In this document: positions 1 to 7,669 of the stretch, piece after piece
Position numbering within the stretch: position 1 is the first letter of the stretch
Layout: every line of letters begins with the position of its first letter
NCBI RefSeq assembly: GCF_006345805.1
Contig: NW_021827270.1
Location: 1-10,882 of the forward strand
Source: Octopus sinensis
Lineage: Eukaryota
Reading direction: 5' to 3'
DNA: 10,882 nt
Notes under the pieces: generated by a model
Databases searched by the model: none
What the model saw: the letters and a program-made list of their open reading frames with translations, nothing else
What the model was told of the DNA's origin: nothing
Translations under genes and position numbers: made by a program

Positions 1-445
1 TCCATTTGGCGGTATTTAAGGAACATTAACTTCCGGGCATTACAGATGACTATAACGATAATATTAGGCACGAAGGAAAAAATAGGGGTTGGAGAGAGAA
101 AGAGAGAGAGAGAGAGAGAAAGAGGGGGCCCACCCATCCCGTTCCTCTGTCCCTCTGATTTCCCCACACTTCTTCAGATCACCGCCTCCTTCCCCGCTTG
201 AACCTCCACCCTTTGATGTTCCGCTTTATTACATCAGCATCTCGTATGCATGTTATGTGCATATTATGTGCACGTTATGCACATGAGAGACGATTATGAA
301 GTTGTGTGTCATTTATGGTATGTGTAGGCGCTGCGCGAACCCCCGACCACTCATTCGGTGCCTTTCTCCAGCGGTTATTGCTTTTCCTTAGCAAGATGGC
401 CGCCACGCTGTTGCTGCTGCTGTGTCTATGCAATATGGCGGCAGT
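1..445 (+). promoter_or_regulatory. Candidate promoter / 5' region of a + strand gene
   Basis: ETS-type ACTTCCGG at 29-36, E2F-like TTTGGCGG at 5-12, YY1-type CAAGATGGCCGCC (392-404) and CAATATGGCGGC (431-442), each overlapping an ATG. Locally more GC/CpG-rich than most of the window, with a splice donor downstream at 686. Motif-based inference only. Confidence 0.4.
91..124. repeat. (GA)n microsatellite
   Basis: Direct: ggagagagaaagagagagagagagagagaaagag; explains the ERERER start of ORF 89..286. Confidence 0.95.
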
Positions 446-530
446 GACTGGGAACAGTCTTTCGCTCGCTTCATCTGTTCCAATAGAAAAGAAGCAAGGA
501 TCAAACATATTTGCAATATGTCAGTGCTAA
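396..530 (+). CDS. Short 44-aa ORF with signal-peptide-like N-terminus (possible uORF, micropeptide or alternative first exon)
   Basis: ATG396 in AAGATGGCC context gives MAATLLLLLCLCNMAAVTG-NSLSLASSVPIEKKQGSNIFAICQC*. It has a hydrophobic core and small residues before a plausible cleavage site. Only a weak donor (gtcagt at 520) could extend it. No recognisable homology. Confidence 0.2.
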   Translation: MAATLLLLLCLCNMAAVTGNSLSLASSVPIEKKQGSNIFAICQC

Positions 531-685
531 TGATGTTGTTGTTACTGTTGTTGTTTACTCTCCCCCTTGTCATTAAACAGACTAATAATAAAAGATATTC
601 CAGCCGTGACCGTCCCGTCTTTTTGCTCAGCGAAAGGAATTCACTACAGCCTTATCCAGCATGTCCGTTTCTAAGACGACAGGAT
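428..685 (+). CDS. Candidate coding exon of an unidentified single-pass membrane or secreted protein
   Basis: Frame is open from 392 to 685 (98 codons) and ends exactly in phase 0 at a consensus donor GAT|GTGAGT (686-691). In-frame ATGs at 428 and 518. Basic patch RKEARIKH precedes hydrophobic MSVLMMLLLLLLFTLPLVI (518-574). A possible acceptor cttttccttag ends at 391. Caveat: the Leu run is a (TTG)n-like repeat and I recognise no family. Confidence 0.4.
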
Positions 686-1084
686 GTGAGTTGAGAAAGA
701 TTTAGCTGTTATTTTTGGCATGTCAAACAACCATGTAGAGGCTTCTAATAGAAAGAACCAATATCAAAAGCGCTCTAACCGTAGCCATCCCGTTTCCCCC
801 CTTCCGCACGCACATGAAACCCAGCAGCAAATTATGCAACGACCTTGGCTGTTCTTTCTTGTAGCCCTATCGATCACTTAGCAGACCACGCTGAACTGAG
901 AGGTTGGGTGTGTGTGTGGATTGCAAGAATCGTTAGAGTGGCAGATAAATAGGTCTTGAGATAATCAATAGCGGCGTTTGTGCGTTCAAATCTCAGTAAA
1001 AATCCCACAGGACCAAGGGGCGACTTTTCATCTTTGTGAAATCGATACAATAAATATGTTATATATTGAGATCGATTTCATCAG

Positions 1085-1126
1085 CATAATGGTTCCCTTA
1101 GTTGTGGAGGCGATTGGGGTTGTGGG
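1085..1126 (+). CDS. Possible 42-nt phase-0/0 micro-exon (HNGSLSCGGDWGCG)
   Basis: AG at 1083-1084 after a weak tttcatc tract; strong donor GGG|GTAAGA at 1127-1132; frame-preserving and phase-compatible with the 686 donor. Could be chance. Confidence 0.15.
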
Positions 1127-1250
1127 GTAAGATATTGCGTTGATAGAAACCGATTCCAACAACCCCAAGGCAACGAGAGAACCTCTACTTAACCTGTTAG
1201 AAACAGCAGCTAAATACCCCTAGAACCACATTCAACTGTATTAACTTTTT

Positions 1251-1680
1251 CTTGTCCTAAACATCCATGCTTGTTTTCAAACTTTTACCAAGCCCTTGTT
1301 TCATACATTTTGAGTAATACAAAACCTCTCTTTTACATATCCCAAATTACTTAAGAATGTATACCATGGTGCATGGCTGCCAGAGGAATATGTCCAGTGT
1401 ATCAGATGTGAAAGGCATATGGTCAACACCACCATCAAGCCACCACTGAAATCACAGCCTCACAAGCGATGGAGATAATTGTTTGACATTTAAGACTTCT
1501 AATTTTTCAAAACATTTTCGCAAGTTTGTCTTAAACGTCCATTCTTGTCTTAGTTGGTTCTTGTTTCATGCATTCTGAGTAAGAATCTTTTTACAGGTCC
1601 CAAATCACTCTAATGGTTGAAAAATATTGAGAATGTGTATCGTATATGGTGCATGGGCGCCAGAGAAATAAATCACTGGA
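1251..1680. repeat. Diverged direct duplication (copy A ~1251-1400, copy B ~1525-1680)
   Basis: Colinear shared blocks: ttgtcYtaaacRtccat, cttgtttcatRcattYtgagtaa, ttttaca..tcccaaatYact, gaatgt, atggtgcatgg..gccagag. Offset ~270 bp, with indels. Confidence 0.85.
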
Positions 1681-2330
1681 CAGGCAAAGAGTTTGAAAGA
1701 AAAGAAGGAAGGAAACATTTCTTTCCATTGGTTTGGGCTGAAGTAAAGATTTGTCTTATGGTAACTGGGGAAGAAGACTTAGATACACAATATATCAAAA
1801 CCAGACTGGATGGTCATAACTGGAACACATTTTTCATTGATCTGTTGAATCAGGACAAATCCGGGGATTACACAACTTCTGTTTAGCTCAAATAGACCAC
1901 TGGTTACATCTGTTTCTCCTTTACTTGGCCACCACTCAGCATTTGGGTTGTCTATTTTATAGCAGACATATTGACAAGCAATACTCCCCACCCATCATCA
2001 CCATCATCATCACCACTATAGTGAAACAGTCAAACAAAACAAATATGCAGTAAAATACCGTTAAAATATCAGTACAGTATGGCGGTTATTCTAATTAGTT
2101 ACGTCACACTACTTCGCCATAACAACGCCGCCATGTTGAACGGTTACAGTCAGCGAACTTCGGTGCAACGCGTCAGCCATCGGAAATGGTTAGATTACCA
2201 TCTTCACCACAATATTGCAAGAACAGACAAGAGCTGTTCTTGCTTATCTTTTCTTTTGGAAGAGTGAATACTCGAAGCGTAAAAGACAGTTCCTTTTGTA
2301 TTCCTACCCGCCACCCCCAGTCTATCATAT

Positions 2331-2547
2331 CTTTTCATTTGTTTCAGTCATTCAACTGCGACCATGCTGCAGCATTGCCTTGAAGAATTTTTAGTCGAAC
2401 GAATCGACCCCAGGACATACATACATACCAACATATATACATAGGTACATACATACATACATACATACATACATACATACATACATACATACATACACAC
2501 ACACACGCACACCCACACACACACATACACACACACACGCACACACG

Positions 2548-2597
<50 letters not shown>

Positions 2598-2734
2598 GCG
2601 AGCTTCTTTCAGTTTCCGTCTACAAATTCCACTCACAAGGCTTTGGTCGGCCCGAGGCTATAATAGAAGACACTTACCCGAGGTGGGACTGAACTCGGAA
2701 CCAAGCTTCTTACCACACAGTCACGCTTGCGCCT
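2331..2734 (-). mobile_element. tRNA-derived SINE (family A), rearranged copy with central part replaced by microsatellite
   Basis: 2331-2415 aligns to 9851-9924 (tgtttcagtcatt..actgcg..catgctg.agca..gcct..tagtcga...atcgaccccaggac). 2598-2734 aligns to 10075-10234 (cttctttcagtttccgtct...cactcacaaggctttggt.ggcccg). B-box-like GAGTTCAGTCCC on the minus strand at 2696-2685. Confidence 0.9.
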
Positions 2735-2809
2735 GTTCGTTTGTTTTTCCTTTTACCCAATCTTGTATTATGTAATGTTGCACCATACGCCACAGCTACA
2801 TCATCTGGT

Positions 2810-2960
2810 TTCACCACAATATGGCTGCCACGCTGAACGAATGCGACTCCCACATTCACTACAATATGGCGGACATAGCAAATGCTTAAAACAGCGACAC
2901 ATCACCGCAATATGGCGGCCATGTCAAATAGCGATGCATCAACCATCTTCATCACGCATG
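2810..2960. repeat. Degenerate 45-47-bp minisatellite with core TCACYRCAATATGGCKGMC
   Basis: caatatggc at 2817, 2862 and 2908 (spacing 45, 46), each preceded by (t)tcac. A fourth eroded unit begins ~2948. Confidence 0.7.
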
Positions 2961-3129
2961 CCTTCCGCAGTTTTCATCACAGTGTGGCGGGTAGGCTGTA
3001 CACCCTATCCTTTCTCCTGCAGCATCATGTGTGTGGCTGGGGGGGGGGGGGGCTGATCAGTGTCCGTAAAATTATTAATTTAATGATCAAAATGATCGAA
3101 GCCGTTAATAGAATAAGATCAAACAAATT

Positions 3130-3227
3130 CACACACACACACACACACACGCACACACACACACACGCACACGCACACACACACGCACACACACACACAC
3201 ACACACGCACACACACTCTCACACACA

Positions 3228-3266
<39 letters not shown>

Positions 3267-3650
3267 AAACAAGCAAACACGAGCGCGCGCACACACATAC
3301 AGGCAAATATAGATACAGATATACAAACGTTCACATGTAGCGGAATGCACAATATGCAAATGCCTACACATGGGCTTACAGACACATATAAACATACATA
3401 TATGTATGTATACAAACACCAATACACATACACACACATACATATATACATACACAAGACATGCCAAAAGGCAATACATGTAGATATACGTGCAATACAC
3501 ACATACATACATACACACATACATACATACATACATACATACATACATACACACATACATACATACATACACACATACATACATACATACACACATACAT
3601 ACATACATACATACATACATGCATACACACACACACACACATTTATACAT
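3130..3650. repeat. Compound (CA)n / (TACA)n microsatellite tract
   Basis: Direct: (CA)n 3130-3265, CA/TA-rich linker, (TACA)n ~3499-3640. Confidence 0.95.
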
Positions 3651-3659
3651 ATTACGCAA

Positions 3660-4210
3660 AACACGCTCTAAAAGGTGTGTGGAGTGTAGCTTGCATCTGA
3701 GGGTAGCTTTAGCTTCTACTTGAGTGTGGGTTTACTTTCCACTGGAGTGTACACTCATTTCTGAATCCAAGACTTGGAATATTATATTTCACTCAAGTAT
3801 TGAGTATACCTTACAGACCTCATCGAGTACTTACACTCGAGAGCTGCCCTCAAAGTGAGGGAATGGCTAAACTGACTTGAGTTCATGAGAGCCAAGTGGT
3901 CACTGACACTTGAGTGTGATTAAATAATGTAAAAAGCTACCCTCGATAGATTTCACACGATGTATGTGTTAATTCAACAGTTTTATCAACTTGCACTCGC
4001 GTTAAGTATTCACTTATACTCAATAGATGTGTTTTCTTACATTCGAAGCACTTAAACTCGAGTGATGTGTTAAGTTACACTCAAAGTATGCGGTATATTT
4101 ATTTTGCAAGAAGCCAACAATTGAGTGAAGTAAGAGATGAGTGGACGGAAGCGGCTAAACATTGAGTGGAATATATCTTTAAGAGCCGAGAGTTGAGTGA
4201 TCACTCCAGC
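3660..4210. other. Motif- and palindrome-dense block (decayed DNA transposon with subterminal repeats, or homotypic TF-site cluster)
   Basis: Seven exact TTGAGTG/CACTCAA heptamers (3720, 3790, 3910, 4078, 4121, 4162, 4193). Perfect 12-bp palindromes at 3745-3756 and 4195-4206. Perfect 12-bp inverted pair at 3699-3710 / 3933-3944. Confidence 0.6.
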
Positions 4211-4395
4211 TCTCTTTCTCTTTCTTTCTGAGTGTCTGTCTGTCGATATCTCTGTTTCTCTGTCTCCTACATACATAGACTTATACATATAAATACACAC
4301 ACGGACACACACAGACGTACATAAACATGTAGACACACACTCATACCCAGACACACACAGACGCACAGTCGCACAGTCGCAGACATACACAAATA

Positions 4396-4431
<36 letters not shown>

Positions 4432-4480
4432 GGCTCGCACACAAACTCACACGCACAGACACGCACAAATTCACACACAA
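4207..4480. repeat. (CT)-rich then (CA)-rich low-complexity tract
   Basis: Direct inspection. Confidence 0.85.
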
Positions 4481-4879
4481 CACTCGCATACGATAACGAA
4501 GTATAAAGACGTAACAAGCAACAATCCGTAAAGACAGCCATTAACAATCTGAAATATGGCTGGGATGAAAGATGGCGGCGACGGGAGAAGAAATGCAAGG
4601 TTTGATTGGGAGTCTTAAAGGGATTCCCTTTAAACATAATCTATATTGAATGATCAATATAGGGAAATTGTGGTTTTACGGACAGGAAAATAGGGATCCC
4701 ACCGCATCTTCCCCACCTTACTCCACATTCCTCTTCTATAGCCACATCCTCTTCTCTCTCTCCCTAATTTGTGACTGGATTTCTAAAAGGCTCCTGTCGA
4801 GCTTTCTTTGAGTTTATTGTAAATCCGTTCATGTATCGCCACAAACATACACGTGATTTATCTATCTATACTCATATAT

Positions 4880-5060
4880 AAATGTGTATGTACGTATGTA
4901 TATATATGTATGTTTGCATGTATGTATGTGTGCGTATGGTATGTGTGCACCACGTTCTCGCGTTATGGTTTTTTCTTGTTTGTTCTTCTTTGTTTGGATT
5001 CACTATATATATATGTGTGTGTGTGTATGTATGTTCATGTGTATATACATATGATATATG

Positions 5061-5093
<33 letters not shown>

Positions 5094-5243
5094 TTATATA
5101 TATATACACACACAAACATACACCCATTTACATATACCTACATAAATGTGTGTACATATATATTTATATCTATCTGCCTATCTGTCTGTCTATCAGTCTG
5201 TCTGTCTGTCTGTCAGTCTGTCTGTCTGTCTGTCTGTCACTCA

Positions 5244-5312
<69 letters not shown>
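4880..5312. repeat. Compound (TATG)/(TG)/(TA)n then (TCTG)n and perfect (TCTA)17 microsatellite
   Basis: Direct; perfect TCTA run 5245-5312 is 17 units. Confidence 0.95.
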
Positions 5313-5593
5313 CCTAGATATAATGCGAGTAAGAGAAATGTGGTAAGAGCAAAGACAAAGCTTTGCAACTGAGTGAGGGTAATTAGAAAGGTAACGTGAT
5401 AAGATAACAGAGTAACAAGGAGTGAACGAATAATAAAAGAATGACAGACTGATGGATTGATCGATAGATAGACAGATAGATAGAGTAACAAAGAGAGGGA
5501 GAGATAGAGAGAAGGAGCGGCTGCTAAATTACGGTTGTGAAGCGCTGGGTGCGAAACAGAAATACATTCAAGCGTAAAGATACACACATATAC

Positions 5594-5752
5594 ACGACGG
5601 GCTTCCACACAGTTTCTGTCTACTAAATTCACTCACAAAACATTGAATGGCTCGGCGGCTTTAGAAGACAGCTGCCCAAGATACCATGCAGTGGGGCCGA
5701 ATCTGAAACTTTGCGGTAGCAAAGCGAGATTCTTACCAGCACGGCCATGGCT
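5594..5752 (-). mobile_element. SINE family A, 5' (tRNA-head) portion only, diverged
   Basis: acgacgggcttc..cagtttc.gtctac.aaattcactcacaa...tagaagaca..tgcccaag.tacca.gcagtgg aligns to 10071-10234. Confidence 0.8.
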
Positions 5753-6079
5753 ATTCTTATATCGGAAATATGTTTGCATAAATTACATTCATATTAATCA
5801 TATGTACATAAATTATATATATATATATTATAAATATATATATATTTATTAATTATACATGCACATAAATTATATATATATTTAAATATATTTACATAAA
5901 TAGACTTATATTTACTTGATTTCCGCGATTTATACTAAAAAGGTGGATGGGGTGTATATGGGGAAAAGTGGGAAACATTATTATTATTGAACAAATAAAG
6001 ACGTTCCATGAGTGACCATCCTCACTATACTATACTAACCAACATATATGCTATCATTATTAATTAATATATGTCTGTT

Positions 6080-6268
6080 GGGCGGCGAGCTGGCAGAATC
6101 GTTACCGAACTGGGGGAAAATGTTTAGCGTTATTTCTTCCGACTTGACGATCTGAGTTCAAATGCCACAGGGGTCGATAAAATGAGTACCAGTTGAATAC
6201 TGGGGTCGGTGAAATCGATTTATTCAATTCTCTGAAATCGCAGGCCTTGTGGCAAAATTTGAAATCAG
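6080..6268 (+). mobile_element. tRNA-derived SINE (family B)
   Basis: A-box-like TGGCAGAATCG (6091-6101) and B-box-like GAGTTCAAATGCC (6154-6166), followed by GGGGTCGATAAAATGAGTACCAG...CTGGGGTCG. That block resembles family A's 3' half in this window and, from recall, an abundant octopus SINE. Confidence 0.8.
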
Positions 6269-6384
6269 TATACAAATGTATCTTTCCTTTGTTTAACAAG
6301 GAAGGCTGTGTGTTTTGACGGGGATTTGGCGGCTATTTCCAGCAGGTCAAGGGACATGTAGCGTCTAACAGTGAAGATAGTGTT

Positions 6385-6885
6385 GTGGTGGTATTGGTAG
6401 TGGCGGTGTTGGTAACTCTGATGATGATGATGATGATGATGATGGTGAAAATGATGTTGATTATGACGATGCTGGTTGTGTTGATGGTTGTTATGATAAT
6501 GGTAATGAGAATGACGGATGTCATAAGGATAACTTTGATGATGATGGTGATGATGATGATGGTAATGAATAGGAGTGAGGGTAGGGGGTGGAATAGTGCT
6601 GCTGCTGATGGTGATGATGATGGTGGTGGTGGTGATGGTGGTGATGGTAATGATTAGGTCTATGACGAATAGATGAAATATATAAATATATTCCTGATGA
6701 TAGTGGTGATAACATGGTGGCGGTGATGATGATGATGATGATGATGATGAGGATGAGGATGACTGGATGTGGCGGTGAGGGTGGTGGTGGGGGGTTGTGA
6801 TAATGATAAGAGTAATACGGAAAATCGCAAAAGAATATGAATAAGAATATGAATATGAAGAAGAAGGAAAAGATAAGGAAGTAGA

Positions 6886-6934
<49 letters not shown>

Positions 6935-7150
6935 GAAGAAGAAGAAGAAGAAGAAAGAAGAGGAAGAAGAAAAATAATAATAAGAAAAAGATGGAAGAGA
7001 AAAACACGAAAAGGAAGAGGATGATAAAGAAACAGAAGACACGAAGAGGAAAAAGAAAAGGAAAAAACGAAGACGGCGACAAAGATGATGAGGAAAAGGA
7101 AGAGAAAGAGGAAGAATATTGAACAACAAGAACAACAACAACAACAACAC
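6385..7150. repeat. Large compound trinucleotide microsatellite (GAT/GGT, AAT, GAA, CAA)
   Basis: Direct; includes perfect (AAT)16 at 6886-6933. Explains five overlapping homopolymeric ORFs. Confidence 0.95.
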
Positions 7151-7379
7151 AAATGAAGATTTAGCGTTTCGGGGTTAAAAGAAAGAAGAAAGGAATAAGA
7201 AATGCAAATGAAGTGTTTCTGGTATATTGACTATGGCAGCCATTGTTGTTGGTCGAACGATTGTGTGAAATATTGATAGAATTATATATACAGTGTATAT
7301 ATGTAATGGGTGTGTAATATAGAGATAATGGGGATAAATTCTGAGTGTATAAATATGGATGAACGGAGATTCCCTGTGT

Positions 7380-7403
7380 ATTATATATATATATATGTGT
7401 ATA

Positions 7404-7444
<41 letters not shown>

Positions 7445-7625
7445 CATACATACACACGCACGCACGCACACACACACACACATACACACACATATATATA
7501 TAATACATGCAAAGATATATACGCACATACACTTGAACGTACATATATCAACGCAGATATATTTCACATTAACACAGAGATTGTTTTGTGCGCGTGTGCG
7601 TGCGCGAGTGTGTGTGTGTGTGTCG
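7380..7625. repeat. (TA)n / (CA)n / (TG)n microsatellite cluster
   Basis: Direct inspection. Confidence 0.9.
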
Positions 7626-7669
7626 ATGCATATACGTATACATACAATTATATGTGAGGCACGCAGTGA

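Noticed and set aside
89-286. 65-aa ORF
   Set aside because: Non-ATG start; built from (GA)n, a C-rich tract and a TATG repeat.
1617-1886. 89-aa ORF as a real gene
   Set aside because: TTG start, begins inside duplicate copy B out of frame with the acceptor, and has no recognisable domain.
2217-2260. Intrinsic terminator or Helitron 3' end
   Set aside because: Not bacterial DNA; no CTRR at the expected distance on either strand.
2810-2960. CRISPR-like repeat-spacer array
   Set aside because: Only three imperfect cores, spacers are related to each other, no cas genes, and the context is eukaryotic.
3039-3052. G14 run (also G11 at 9424-9434) as a functional G-quadruplex
   Set aside because: Isolated homopolymers with unreliable length; nothing else supports a function.
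4615-4633. NF-kB/Rel site GGGATTCCC
   Set aside because: A single 9-bp match with no independent support.
2344-5372. Many ORFs such as MCVCVCV, HTHTHT, YVCMYVCM and IYLSIYLS
   Set aside because: They are translations of stop-free (CA)n, (TACA)n and (TCTA)n microsatellites; the same applies to those at 7175-7694, 8414-8680 and 9569-9873.
6265-7152. 295-aa and overlapping 140-209-aa ORFs, the longest in the track
   Set aside because: Homopolymeric runs from trinucleotide repeats, open in several frames at once, with no domain structure.
7154-7200. Tiny SINE A 3'-half remnant (ttagcgtttcgg...aaaaga)
   Set aside because: Too short and too close to low-complexity sequence to call.
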